From Thermoplasmatales archaeon SW_10_69_26 (GTDB taxonomy: Archaea; Thermoplasmatota; SW-10-69-26): a stretch of 64,000 nucleotides of DNA. Below are positions 33,349-44,638 of this stretch, piece after piece. The stretch is taken from NCBI GenBank assembly GCA_003009755.1, contig PXUB01000038.1:55730-119729 (forward strand), written 5' to 3'. The notes under the pieces are model-generated. The model saw nothing but the letters and a program-made list of their open reading frames with translations. It made no database searches and was not told where the DNA came from. The translations under genes were made by a program, and so were the position numbers. Within the stretch, counting starts at the first letter, position 1, and every line of letters starts with the position of its first letter.

Positions 33349-34635
33349 ATGCTCGGGCTCGCGCGGAACGTGGCCGAGCGGGTCGCCTTCCTGGTGGTCA
33401 GCGCCATCGTGGTCGTGTACGGCGCCTACCAGGGCCTCCAGATCGAGGCCGTCTCCTTCGACGTCTGGGGCCTGTTCGTGCGCGTGGCCATGATCGACGC
33501 GATCCCCGCCGCGCTCGTGTTCGCCGCCATCGTGGTCCTCAGCGGAGCGATGCTGGCGCGCGAGGTGCACGGCGAGGGACCCGAGGGCCGCGTGAGGGAG
33601 GGACCCCGCGTGGCCGCCCTCGTACCCGCCTTCCGGGACGGGGACGTGCTCGAGGAGAGCGTCGGCACGCTTGTGACCTCGAACTACGAGGACCTCGAGG
33701 TCGCCATCTTGACCGAGCCCGGCGACCGTGAGACGAAGGCGCGGGCCCGCGAGCTGGCCGAGCACCCCGACGTCCAGGTGCTCGAGAACCGCTACCCGGG
33801 GTCCAAGGCCGGCGCGATCGACGACGCCGTCGAGCGGCTGGACGCCGACGTGTTCTGCGCCTTCGACGCCGACGAACGCGTCGACCCCGCGTACGTGCCC
33901 ACCGCCGTCCACGCCCTTACCGAGGACGGGCGCGACGTCTTCCAGGCACGCCGGGTCCCCCGCGTCAGCGGCCCCGTCGAGGCGTTGGCTTACGGCGAAC
34001 GCCTGCTCTTCCACGCCGGTCACAAGCTCGTCGAACCGCTCGGGTTCACCTACTGCCGCAGTTCCTCCGTGGCGTTCACGCCCGAGGCCTACGAGGCGGT
34101 GGACGGCCTCGACGACATGCTGACCGAGGACCTCGACTTCGCGCACGAGTGCTTCCGCGCGAACCTCGACGTCCAGCAGACCCGCAGCCTCACCAACGAG
34201 ATGGAGGCCCCGCACACCTTGTCGGACCTCTGGGGCCAACGCAAGCGGTGGCGCATGGGCCACATCGAGGTGCTGGTGAAGGCGCTGCGCGGCGGCTTCA
34301 CCCACGGCGGCTGGCGCGGGGCCTTGTCGACGTGTAGGCTGGCCACGACGCTGGCGGCCGGCCTGTTCCTGCTCGCCTTGGCAGCCAAGATCCTGCTGTT
34401 GCTCGTGCTCGACCTCGAGATCCTGTTCCTCGTCCCGCTGGCCGCCATCGCCTTGGCCACGCTGCCGGTCGTGCTCGCCGACCGCCAGGCCGGCCACATC
34501 CCGCAGGCCAGCCCCGCGATCGCGTTGATCCCGCTCATCTACCCCGGCTTCGGCCTGTTGAACATCCGCTCGCTCCTCGCGTACGGGTTGAGCTGGGATG
34601 GCGAGTGGTACCAGGTCGACAAGACGGGCTCGTGA
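33349..34635 (+). CDS. membrane GT2 processive glycosyltransferase
   Basis: KAGA, FDAD, TED, QRKRW (D,D,D,QxxRW) plus TM helices. Confidence 0.9.
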   Translation: MLGLARNVAERVAFLVVSAIVVVYGAYQGLQIEAVSFDVWGLFVRVAMIDAIPAALVFAAIVVLSGAMLAREVHGEGPEGRVREGPRVAALVPAFRDGDVLEESVGTLVTSNYEDLEVAILTEPGDRETKARARELAEHPDVQVLENRYPGSKAGAIDDAVERLDADVFCAFDADERVDPAYVPTAVHALTEDGRDVFQARRVPRVSGPVEALAYGERLLFHAGHKLVEPLGFTYCRSSSVAFTPEAYEAVDGLDDMLTEDLDFAHECFRANLDVQQTRSLTNEMEAPHTLSDLWGQRKRWRMGHIEVLVKALRGGFTHGGWRGALSTCRLATTLAAGLFLLALAAKILLLLVLDLEILFLVPLAAIALATLPVVLADRQAGHIPQASPAIALIPLIYPGFGLLNIRSLLAYGLSWDGEWYQVDKTGS

Positions 34636-34989
34636 GGCTCACCCCCGCGCTCCCCGCCTCGGCGATCTGCTCGCGGAGGTTGGCCTGCACGGACGCGGGA
34701 CGCTCGTTACTGGCAATCTCGACGAGGCCGTCCAGGGCCTGGCGCAGGAGCTCGTCGTCGCCGGCGGCGTCGGTCACGGTTGGTACGGCTCCAAGATGGG
34801 TCGGATCCCCGTGAAGAAGTTTTTGGCGCATGGGTCGAAGTGAAATCGGCTGGACCACCCGCTTCGATCCGAAGACAGTCGGTCAATTCTTCGACAAGAA
34901 TGCCCCTCATCTCGCCGAGTATTTATTCTGTGGTCGTATTGTTCCATAAAGTATAAACCATTCTCTCCAAATACTAGTTTGAGATAGCA

Positions 34990-35916
34990 ATGAAGGGTTG
35001 GGTCGCCTTGCTCTGACTTGCTACGGCGCTGGTGTCGGCAGCCCCCTTGGTCGTCGACGGTACAGGAATGCTGACGCCCTGGGAGCTGGAGGAGGAGGAG
35101 ACCGTTCGACCAGCTACGCCTGTCGAAATACAGTTCGAGGTGTTGGACGATGAGAAGAACGTGGTTTATCCCCTGGACGGGGGCGCAGCCGAGGGAAGAA
35201 TAACACCGGGATCGGATGATCAGGTTGCCCGGTTGCTCTCCCCGTACGTGTTGGGCCTTCAAGAAGGAGAGAGCATGAGAACCGCTCAACTCGACAACCC
35301 CTTCGGTGAACCACACCGTTACGAGATTCAGCGCACGATTTGGACGGGGAACAAGACGCAAACCATCGATGCCTCCGCGGTGGACCACGTCCCAGTCGGG
35401 GAAGAGTTCGTCGTCGAACCCATCAACATCACCGCAGTGCTCGTTGAAAGGGGGGAGTCCACCGCGAAGGTCGAATACCAGATCAGCGACTCGACGATTC
35501 TCCACCCTAGCAATCTCAATTTGTCAGTAACGAGCGACGAGGGGAACGTCCAAATTGCCCTCGATCATGAGGAGGGAGAGACGCTAAAACTGCGGGATGG
35601 TTGCCGCGACCTACTCGGGATCCCTGCAGGCTGGTTCCGTTTCGATCGTGTCGATCGCTCCCACGCCTATGTCACTTATTATCCCGTTCAGGACGCTGGG
35701 ACGTTCGAGGCTGCAGCTGCTCTTGCCTCTAACTCCTCCTATATCAATTTCACAGTGGAAACGATCCACAGCGAGGACGGGGACGAAAACCGAGCCGACA
35801 TGTCGGAGAAGTACCGACTGGAGGAGCTTCCGCAGAACATCGCAGGAACCAATCAGATCATTTACGATGAGGATATGCATAACGTTTCCTCGAATCACCT
35901 AATTCGCGAGATTTGA
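34990..35916 (+). CDS. exported FKBP/SlyD-like protein; in-frame TGA at 35014 inside the signal peptide
   Basis: MKGWVALL*LATALVSAAP; VLGLQEGES...NPFGE and INFTVE resemble an FKBP fold; TATAAA box ~35 nt upstream. Confidence 0.5.
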
Positions 35917-35948
35917 GGATTTGAAGACGGAACTGGAGAAGAAGAAAA

Positions 35949-36422
35949 ATGAAGAGCATCTACGCAAGGATGGGTACCGCCATTGTTGCTGCTATGCTGG
36001 TGACTGGACTCGGGGTCGCCGGAGCCGTAGTGGCCCAGTCGAATAGTAGCGAGGAGAACTCGAACGAGAACGGAACGGAAAGCAACTACTCGGTCCAAGC
36101 TTCCAGTATGGGCGAAGCAGGAGATAAACTCGCTAAGCAGATCATCATGCCGGCCCAACACCTACCCGGCGACGACGAGCCAGAGTCACCCGGGACGACG
36201 TGCTCCTGTGAGACGGCCGGCTGGGGCGATGATTGCTCGGAAACCTGCGGAGACCAGGAATCCGAGCCCGGCTACGCCTGCTGCTGGGAGGACGAAGAGG
36301 GATTCAACGAAGCCAACGACTGCAAGTGTGGTTGTAAGGAGAGTCACGACGCCTGCACCGACTGGGCTGAGGAGGAGAGCGAAGAAGGAGAGTACGATAA
36401 GAAGGAGACGAAGAACAAGTAG
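35949..36422 (+). CDS. secreted cysteine-rich precursor (10 Cys), halocin-like architecture
   Basis: signal peptide, acidic spacer, CxC-x8-C-x3-C-x10-CC-x12-CxCxC-x6-C core. Confidence 0.75.
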   Translation: MKSIYARMGTAIVAAMLVTGLGVAGAVVAQSNSSEENSNENGTESNYSVQASSMGEAGDKLAKQIIMPAQHLPGDDEPESPGTTCSCETAGWGDDCSETCGDQESEPGYACCWEDEEGFNEANDCKCGCKESHDACTDWAEEESEEGEYDKKETKNK

Positions 36423-36433
36423 TAGGAGATTCT

Positions 36434-37150
36434 ATGCCGGGGTCTCGCGCTTTCGTTCGTCAACAAAGCCACAAACTGGTCCGGTCCAGCGTTACTCGCG
36501 CCGGGATCGCCGCTCTATCGATTCTGGCGCTCCATCTCGGTTACGCGCTGGACCGGGCCGCCTACCTCGGTAAGACCGAGTGGCTCGGATTCGTGCTGGT
36601 TTCCGCCGCACTATTCCCAGCAGCCATGATCACCGCCGATCCACTTCCTCGCTCGCGAGAGAATCGCATGATGCTCCTCGAGGCAGCGTTGCCGCTGGGC
36701 TCGGTCCACCGCAATTCGGTTACGTTCGGTCTCGCGCTCGTCCTGTCCTCGGCGTCGATAGCCGTCCTCGTCGGAACCCTGTGGCTGTCGACCGTCCTCG
36801 GGAGAGGCTTGGCTCTCCGAGTCTTCGCGAGCCTCGTTCCCGTCGTGGTCCTCGGTTGGGGTCTCGGTGCCCTCGTGTCGGGTCTCGCGCGGACACGCAT
36901 TATGGCCCTGCTCTCGTCCACTGGTGCCTGCCTCGTGTTGCTGGCGACGACGGAGATGTTCAGCGGGGCCCTCGCCAGGGTGGGGGCAGGGTTTGTCGTC
37001 GAGACCAATCCCTTGACGCCTGCATACGCGAGTGCCCAGGATGCTCTCGCTGGTTGGCCAGCGAGACCGTCTCCGATTCCCGGCCTCGTCGGCGCAATCC
37101 TCGCAGGGATCGGCTTGGGGGCTGCCCGTTGGAGGAGGATTCCCCGGTGA
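36434..37150 (+). CDS. ABC-2-type permease-like membrane protein
   Basis: about 6 TM helices, SRENRMMLL..LP, TNPL; GGAG SD. Confidence 0.7.
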   Translation: MPGSRAFVRQQSHKLVRSSVTRAGIAALSILALHLGYALDRAAYLGKTEWLGFVLVSAALFPAAMITADPLPRSRENRMMLLEAALPLGSVHRNSVTFGLALVLSSASIAVLVGTLWLSTVLGRGLALRVFASLVPVVVLGWGLGALVSGLARTRIMALLSSTGACLVLLATTEMFSGALARVGAGFVVETNPLTPAYASAQDALAGWPARPSPIPGLVGAILAGIGLGAARWRRIPR

Positions 37151-38445
37151 CTGTTCGCGCCTCGTGGCCCACGTGGGTGTTCCTGGCAGTCGTGTTGGGG
37201 TTGGCCGGCTCGGCGGGTGCTTTGTCGGCCGAGATCCAGGACGACGACGGGATTCTCCTCGGAACGGGTGATGAGGGAGAGGTTCCCGTAGCCCTGGATG
37301 CCGATGCCCGTTCCGAACCCGTCCGCATCGCCTGGAGCCAGCCCAAACTCGGAGTGAACGGGTCGCAGATCGTCGAGGGGAACCGAAGCCAAGTCGAGAT
37401 CGGGATCCAGCCCACCAAGGTGGGAACGGGCGTCGTGGGGGTCGAAGCCCGCCAAGGAAACGATACCGTGCAACTTCGGATCCGCGCTGCCTCGGTACCG
37501 AAACTCGGGATCCAGATCTCCGGGGTCAGCGAACAACCGTCTCGAACGGCCCATCTATTCGCGAATGGAGACCGCACTTACAGACTGCATCTTCAAAACC
37601 ACGGCCCGGTCGACATCTCGACCCAGTTGCGCTTCCTCACGGTCAACGAGACGATTGACCTGGCTGCAGGGGAGACCAAGATCCTGGAGGACCGATATCT
37701 GGAGGACCATCGCTCGGACCTGGTAGGGGACCAGGTGGAAGTGCTCGTCGGCCAAACCTGGACCACACCACTGAAGCCTGAGGGCGGTCGCTACCTGCTC
37801 GAGGTCCACGTCCACAACGAACCGACCATCGTCCCCCGGATCGACGCCCGCACAGAACAGAAGGACAGCGAGCAGCAGCTCGTCGGAAACGTAACCCTCG
37901 TTCCCGTCGGCGAGGGAGTCGGGTTCTCGGGCCAGCTTTCGATCAGTCCCGTCGGCCCGCCAGTCCCTTGTGCCCCCCAGGAGAGGCGTCCGCTCGTTTC
38001 GGACGACCCCGGGTCCGTCCATCGCACCCTCTCGATCGAATGGCCCTGCGCCACGGATGCGCGGATCACCGTGACAGGGACGGGTTCATCTGGGGTGACT
38101 GTACGGGAAACCGAAACGGTCTCCGTGGACGCACCGAGCCCCGATCTGGCCGCGCCTCCACTGATTGGACCCGACGAACGGTTGCCGACGAGGGACGGCT
38201 GGACCTCGATACTCTGGCCCGCCCCTCCGGTCGAGGTTAGCGGGCCGGAACTAAACGCAGACGTGTTCGTCGACGAGGACGGTACGCCCGCAGCCAGCGG
38301 CTCGTTCCGCCTGTGGCTCGTCCGGTCGAACGCGTCGGTGCCCGTCGGCGAAGTGGATGTCGGCTCGGACCTGCAAAGCGTGGTCGCCGCTGCAGGACCG
38401 ATAGCGCTCGCGGTCGGCCTCGCACCGTTCACGCGGTTCCCGTGA
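37147..38445 (+). CDS. exported beta-rich protein with C-terminal hydrophobic anchor
   Basis: GTGA overlap with permease stop, signal peptide, hydrophobic tail. Confidence 0.65.
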   Translation: MTVRASWPTWVFLAVVLGLAGSAGALSAEIQDDDGILLGTGDEGEVPVALDADARSEPVRIAWSQPKLGVNGSQIVEGNRSQVEIGIQPTKVGTGVVGVEARQGNDTVQLRIRAASVPKLGIQISGVSEQPSRTAHLFANGDRTYRLHLQNHGPVDISTQLRFLTVNETIDLAAGETKILEDRYLEDHRSDLVGDQVEVLVGQTWTTPLKPEGGRYLLEVHVHNEPTIVPRIDARTEQKDSEQQLVGNVTLVPVGEGVGFSGQLSISPVGPPVPCAPQERRPLVSDDPGSVHRTLSIEWPCATDARITVTGTGSSGVTVRETETVSVDAPSPDLAAPPLIGPDERLPTRDGWTSILWPAPPVEVSGPELNADVFVDEDGTPAASGSFRLWLVRSNASVPVGEVDVGSDLQSVVAAAGPIALAVGLAPFTRFP

Positions 38446-38483
38446 ACCGAAACAGAGGGCTCACAATGGACGTTAATGTACGT

Positions 38484-38640
38484 TAAGTGCTTCTCTGCGT
38501 GTCTCAGTACGGCCTCGAGCCCCACTATCCGACAAGCACGGACCACCGTCGTCCAGGGGAACGATAGACCCATTGTTCCCGATCGTCCCGCGCTCAACCC
38601 CGATGAAACCGGGTTACTGAAAGCGGTCGAGAAGCACTTA
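38484..38640. mobile_element. 157-bp MITE with 12-bp perfect TIRs and 5-bp target duplication
   Basis: TAAGTGCTTCTC (38484-38495) / GAGAAGCACTTA (38629-38640) flanked by TACGT on both sides. Confidence 0.75.
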
Positions 38641-38696
38641 TACGTTAAAATCACTGGAGACGCGCCCGACGAGGCACCCACCGCGGGAGGCATGCG

Positions 38697-39434
<738 letters not shown>

Positions 39435-39494
39435 TATCACGCGCTCGGGCCCGACGCTAGCGACCGCGGTCCTGACCACGGTCGTGGGCCTCTA

Positions 39495-39889
39495 GACTGC
39501 CGGCCATGCTTGGGTTAAGCTCTCGCTCGGCCTCAGGCGGTGAAAGCGCGGAGCCGAGACGAAGGAATGCCCGGAGGGCATTTCGAGGTCGAAGGCGACA
39601 ACGCTTGCCACAGGCGTACTCGTGGAACTCGCGTCGTCGCCGCCTGAGGGCGGCCCCGCCGTGAGGGGGGTCACGGAGACCGCTCCCCCTCGATTTGGTG
39701 AACATTTCCTGGCCAACCGCTCGTATGGGGAGACCGTGGGACCGGAAATGTTCTGGTGCGCCGGTCTGAGGCGGGCAATCTCTTTGTCGCCCTCCGTCGA
39801 AAACCCACAGGGGGTTTCCTTCCTCGGGCTCCGCGACCTTGCCACGCTCAGACCGGCGCGAGAGCTTAAGCAAAACACGTCCGGCAGTC
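39495..39889. mobile_element. 395-bp non-coding MITE with ~32-bp TIRs, flanked by TA
   Basis: GACTGCCGG-N11-TTAAGCTCTCGC at both ends in inverted orientation (27/32 identical). Confidence 0.8.
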
Positions 39890-40147
39890 TAAGCCGCCGG
39901 GGGGAGGGCGCCGGTCAGGTCGCAGACGAACCCGTCCACGTCGTCCGGGATCTCGTCGCTGGCCCAACAACGACACCGGCTCGTGGACGATCAGCTCCAC
40001 GAGCTGGTCCACGAGGAGCCCGGGATCGGCCTCGCCATCGACGAGCCCCTCCGCCAGCGACCGGGCGACGAGCCTCGCCAGCATCGCCACGCGTTTGGGG
40101 ATGCCCGGCCTCGACGTGTCGAGGCGGCCGGTGCGCGCCAGCTACGT

Positions 40148-42493
40148 CTACGTGTGCTCGTCGGCGCGCGCTCGGATCTGGGCGGCCTCGGGCTCGGCCT
40201 CCGTGGGTGGGCGATCGCCTTGGAAGGCGACCGCTTCGTGGTCCCGGGTCGGGTCGACGACGGTCAAGGACAGCCAGCCATTGGCGACCAGGTCCTCGAG
40301 GTGGTCGTGCTCGGCGAGCACCGCCCGGACGCGGTCGACGGGCGCCTCGACGACCGTGGACAGGCGAAGCGGTTGGTGTTGCAGGCGGCCGTCGACGTCG
40401 ACCAGGGACTCCTTCGGGAGGCCGGTGGCGGCGTCGCCCCCGTTGCCCTGCACCGTGACGACGTTCCCGACCGGGGTTTGGGTCACCTTGGATCCGCTTC
40501 CCCAGGTCGCGTTGTCGACGCTGGCGAAGTAGTAGTGCATGTTGATCCACTCCGTGACGACCCAGGGACCGGTCAAGATCGCCTCGAGAGCGTTGCCCTC
40601 GTCGTCGGCTCGCCAGTCGTAGCTGTGCAGGAACGCTCGACCGTCGAGGTCGAGGCCCGCGGGCACCTCCCGCCGGGCGATCACGAACGCGGCGTTCCCG
40701 GCCAGCCCCCACTCGGGGCGGGTCTGGGACCAGTCGGCGGCCCGGCGACGGGCCTCGTCGGCTGCCTTCGCGGGGTCGTCGGCGCCCCAGCGTTCGGCCG
40801 CGGTGCGCTGGCCGGCCTCGGCGAGGTCGGCGGCGAGCTCGTCGACGATGGCGGCGTGCCGATCGCGCTCGGGGCTCGGGAAGATCGCGACCTCGTCGGT
40901 GGTGGTGGTGTGCTCGGCGGCCAGGAACACCGTGTCCTCGGGGATCTCGATCCCGACCTCGGCCAGCGCCTCGCGCACGGGCTCGCGGTTGCAGATCCGA
41001 GCGAGCAAGCGAGCGTTGGGGCCGCCCGGGTTGCCGGCGCAGGCGCCGCAGTCGAGGCTCGCGTCGAAGGGGTTGTTCGCCGTCTCGCTGGCGTGGCCGA
41101 CGAACACGAAGACGGGCGCGAACGTGTCGATCCCCATCAGGTGGAAGGCGTTGGCCGCGTACTCGATCTGGGCGTCCAGGTCCAAGCCCTCCAGGGACGG
41201 CTCGCAGAACGAGGCCGGGGAGGGCACGCGGTCGGCCAGCCTGTCCAGCAGATCGCGCACGCGGCCGGGGACGAGCGTTCGAGCGCTCAACGCGGCCCCG
41301 TACCCGGCGCCGGTGTGCTCGACGAAGGGGAACGCCGTGGCGGGGTTCTTCTTGAGCGAGGTGACCATCGAGAGCGCCGTGTCGAGGAGGCTGGTCGTCT
41401 CCTCGTAGCGGTCCGCCACGTCGTCGTCGGTGGGGCGCTCCTCGACGGGGTGTTCGGGGGTGAGGATCGGGGGGCAGGCGCCGTGGGATCGCTCCTCGCT
41501 GAAGGCCTCGTACTCGATCGGGACGCCGAAGAAGCCGGCGTACCCGTGCGTCTCGTGGTCGCCGACGTCCTCCAGGTGCCGTCGGAGCACCTCCGAGCGG
41601 GTGTCGATGCAGAAGGCCAGCTGCGTCGTCGGTCGCTCGTCGCCCTCGTCGGCCGCGCGGGCCCGAGCTTGCACGCTCTCGACCAGATCTTCGCGGTAGG
41701 TGCGCTCCCAGGCGGCGAGGAAGGCCTCCTCGACGGGGGCCCGAGCCTCGCTGGGGGCCGAGCGGGTCGGGGGTTCGATCGGGGCGTCCAGGTGGTCGGC
41801 CAAGGCCAGCCGGGCGGCCGCGTACGCGAACAGGTCGATCGGGGCGGCCTCCTGCCAGGGGTCGTCGGCGTTCTGGCGGCGCTTGATCAGCTGCGTCCAG
41901 CCGGGCAGCGCGGCCAGGTGGTGTTCGAGGATCCGACGCCACTCGTCCTCGGGGTAGGGAGCCAGCGCCTGGGCCAGCGCCTCGGTCGGGTGCTCGGGGA
42001 TCGCGAGGTCGCCGTTGTCGGGGATCTGGCCGTCGTGGGGCGCGATCTTTCGGAAGGCGTGGTAGAAGCCGTCCTCGCGGTCCGGCATCGACCAGTTGGC
42101 GCGTCCCTCGTCGAGGAACGCAGACAGCCACTTCGCCATCAACCGATCGACGCGCTCGGCAGCGGGGTGCTCGTGGTCCGTCCCCGCGCGATCGCGGCTA
42201 TCGGCCCGCTCGAGCAGGGCCGCGGGCTCGGCGTCGAACCCGTGGGCGGCCAGCTCCTCGGAGAGCACCTGGTCGTCGATCCGTCCCTCGCGCAGCGCGC
42301 GATCGAAGACGCTGGCCTCGGGGTAGCCGCGGCCGCCGAACAGCTCCTCGGCCTGCCGCACGGCCTCGGGGAAGGGCTCGTGCTCGAACCCGGCCAGCGG
42401 GTTGGCGGTGACGAAGGAGTGCAGCGGCCAGGCCCGAGGGATGCTCTCGGCGGCTCCCTCGACGATATCCCGGAGGTCCTGTTCAGTGGTCAT
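40148..42493 (-). CDS. dabA: DabA/MpsB (DUF2309) inorganic carbon pump, beta-CA-like subunit
   Basis: WPLHSFVTANPL, FCIDTRSE, GHAS, LDCGAC, RPEWGLA, FLHSYDW. Confidence 0.93.
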   Translation of the reverse strand: MTTEQDLRDIVEGAAESIPRAWPLHSFVTANPLAGFEHEPFPEAVRQAEELFGGRGYPEASVFDRALREGRIDDQVLSEELAAHGFDAEPAALLERADSRDRAGTDHEHPAAERVDRLMAKWLSAFLDEGRANWSMPDREDGFYHAFRKIAPHDGQIPDNGDLAIPEHPTEALAQALAPYPEDEWRRILEHHLAALPGWTQLIKRRQNADDPWQEAAPIDLFAYAAARLALADHLDAPIEPPTRSAPSEARAPVEEAFLAAWERTYREDLVESVQARARAADEGDERPTTQLAFCIDTRSEVLRRHLEDVGDHETHGYAGFFGVPIEYEAFSEERSHGACPPILTPEHPVEERPTDDDVADRYEETTSLLDTALSMVTSLKKNPATAFPFVEHTGAGYGAALSARTLVPGRVRDLLDRLADRVPSPASFCEPSLEGLDLDAQIEYAANAFHLMGIDTFAPVFVFVGHASETANNPFDASLDCGACAGNPGGPNARLLARICNREPVREALAEVGIEIPEDTVFLAAEHTTTTDEVAIFPSPERDRHAAIVDELAADLAEAGQRTAAERWGADDPAKAADEARRRAADWSQTRPEWGLAGNAAFVIARREVPAGLDLDGRAFLHSYDWRADDEGNALEAILTGPWVVTEWINMHYYFASVDNATWGSGSKVTQTPVGNVVTVQGNGGDAATGLPKESLVDVDGRLQHQPLRLSTVVEAPVDRVRAVLAEHDHLEDLVANGWLSLTVVDPTRDHEAVAFQGDRPPTEAEPEAAQIRARADEHT

Positions 42494-43976
42494 CGTACTC
42501 CTCCCGCGAGGTCAGGACGGTCTCGGGTCGGGGTTGGCCGGCGTTCAACAGCCAGGCGTACAGCCGGCGGCTGCGGCGGTGGACGCCGGTCTCGAGCGCG
42601 ATGTAGGTGGTCAGGAAGGCGGCGGCGAGGGCTCCGTGGAGGAACGTCAGCTCGACCGGGGACGAGCTGGCGGGCACGTCCGCCATCAGTCCACGCACGA
42701 GGCGGTAGGCGCCGGCGTACAGCGCCACGGCGGGCAGCCCGATCAAGGGGAGGGCGCCGTAGCGCCAGGAGTCGCGGAGGTTGGCGCGCCGGGCCACCTG
42801 GCGTGCGGCGTGGACGCCAGTGAGGGCCACCAGGCCCGCCAGGACGAGGCCGCCGTCGAGGTGCAGGCCTTTGCCGGTGAGGACGGCGAAGAGGACGGCG
42901 CTGGCGAGGCCCGTGCCGAGGGCCACGGTGGAGCCGGCCACGCCCAGCGGGGAGACCTCCGCGTCCGCGCCCGGGGACTCGCGGGCGATGCCGGTGCCCG
43001 CGGCCAGGAAGCGGTAGGCCTTGTAGAACCCGTGGAGGACGAGGTGCGTGATGGCGGCGGCGAACAGGCCCAGGCCGGCCTGGAGGACCATGAACCCCAT
43101 CTGGGCCACCGTGGACGATCCCAGGCGGCGTTTGAGGTCGGGCTGGACCGACTTCCAGACCTTCCCGAGCAGGGCGCTGGCGGTGCCGAGCACGGCCAGG
43201 CTGCCGAGCAGGAAGGGTTCGGCCGCGAAGACCGGGGCCGTGCGGGCCAACAGGAGGCCGCCGGCGTTGACGAACCCGGCGTGCATGAGGGCCGAGGCGG
43301 GGGTCGGCGCGGTCATCGAGGACATCAGCCAGCCCTGGAAGGGAGCCAGGGCCGATTGCACGACCGCGCCCAGGGCCAGCGCCGCCCCAGCGGCTAGCCT
43401 GGCCCAGCGCGGGAGCGCGTCGACGCCGGCGAGGATGCCGGTCAGGGTCGTCGAGCCGGCCGCCCACGCGAGGGCGCCGAGCCCGGCGGCGACGAGCAGG
43501 CTCGAGGCGAGGAACGATCGGCGGGCCAGGCGGGCAGCCTCGCGGGCCTGGGGCCACGAGCGGGCGTGGCCGATCAGCTCGGCCATGATCAGCCCCATGC
43601 CGAGCCAGGCGGCCGCGAACACGGCAACGTGGTCGGCGGCCACGAGCAAGCCGACGGTCGCGGCGAAGGCGCTCACGCCGACGAAGAACCGGCCGCGGCC
43701 CTCGTTGCCGGCCATGTACCGCAGCGAGTACGTGTGCACGATGCCCGTGAAGAAAGCGACCACGGCCCACATCGTGACGGTCAGGCCGTCGATGTGGAGC
43801 AGCCCGGCCACGTCCACGGCGCCGACGCCGGCGACGAAGGCCCAGATGGCGGCCAGGCTGGCCAGCCAAAGCACCCAGGAGGCGGCGGTGAGCGTTCGAG
43901 CAAACCCGTCGCGAGGGCCCCCTGTGAGGCGATCGGGGTCGCCGGAGGGACCGCGCTCGCGTTCGTCCGCGTGCAT
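42483..43976 (-). CDS. dabB: DabB/MpsA NuoL-like proton-conducting membrane subunit
   Basis: SMTAPTPASALMHAG, STVAQMGFM, HL..HGFYKA; overlaps the dabA start. Confidence 0.92.
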   Translation of the reverse strand: MHADERERGPSGDPDRLTGGPRDGFARTLTAASWVLWLASLAAIWAFVAGVGAVDVAGLLHIDGLTVTMWAVVAFFTGIVHTYSLRYMAGNEGRGRFFVGVSAFAATVGLLVAADHVAVFAAAWLGMGLIMAELIGHARSWPQAREAARLARRSFLASSLLVAAGLGALAWAAGSTTLTGILAGVDALPRWARLAAGAALALGAVVQSALAPFQGWLMSSMTAPTPASALMHAGFVNAGGLLLARTAPVFAAEPFLLGSLAVLGTASALLGKVWKSVQPDLKRRLGSSTVAQMGFMVLQAGLGLFAAAITHLVLHGFYKAYRFLAAGTGIARESPGADAEVSPLGVAGSTVALGTGLASAVLFAVLTGKGLHLDGGLVLAGLVALTGVHAARQVARRANLRDSWRYGALPLIGLPAVALYAGAYRLVRGLMADVPASSSPVELTFLHGALAAAFLTTYIALETGVHRRSRRLYAWLLNAGQPRPETVLTSREEYDDH

Positions 43977-44131
43977 CGTTGGGGGTCTCCAGGCGGAGCT
44001 GGGGTCTCCTTGCTCTGCCTACGTTTCACGAACGCTCCGTTCACTAAAGGGTTTCCATCGAACGCTCTGTTCGAAATCTTGCCGTTACGTGCACGTGGTG
44101 TTCTCTACCATGGGCCGGTCCCGCGGGGACC

Positions 44132-44596
44132 TCACTCCCGTGCGAAGTCGCTGAAGGGGGTCGTCCGGTAGCTGCGGACCAGCACCTCGTCGGCCACGGT
44201 CAGGCCCATGTCGATCAGCTCCTGCGCGATCGGGGTGATGTCGCTGTCGGACTCGCCGACGGCCGTGACGAGGAGGTTCTTCTCGCCCGTGACGAGCTCC
44301 TGCACGGAGACGACGCCGTCGATCTCCAGGATCGCGGGCACGAGGTCGCCTCGTTCGGCGATCGAGGCCGTGCAGTACAGGAGCATGCGGAGCGGGTAGC
44401 CGGCGGTCTCGTAGTCGACCTCGGCGCTGTAGCCCTTGATCGCGCCCTCGTCCTCGAGGCGCTGGATCCGCTTGCGGACGGTGCTGTCCGAGGTCCCCGC
44501 CCGGTCGGCGATCTCGCTCGACGAGGTGTTGCGGGCGTCAGCCTGCAGGGCGTGCAGGATCGCGCGGTCGACCTCGTCGACGTCGGCGTCGGCCAT
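44132..44596 (-). CDS. Lrp/AsnC-family transcriptional regulator
   Basis: DEVDRAIL..LQADAR, STVRKRIQRLE..G.I.GY. Confidence 0.9.
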   Translation of the reverse strand: MADADVDEVDRAILHALQADARNTSSSEIADRAGTSDSTVRKRIQRLEDEGAIKGYSAEVDYETAGYPLRMLLYCTASIAERGDLVPAILEIDGVVSVQELVTGEKNLLVTAVGESDSDITPIAQELIDMGLTVADEVLVRSYRTTPFSDFARE

Positions 44597-44638
44597 ACCC
44601 GGGACTGGCTCTCCGGGCACAAAGGCTTGTCCTTGGCG

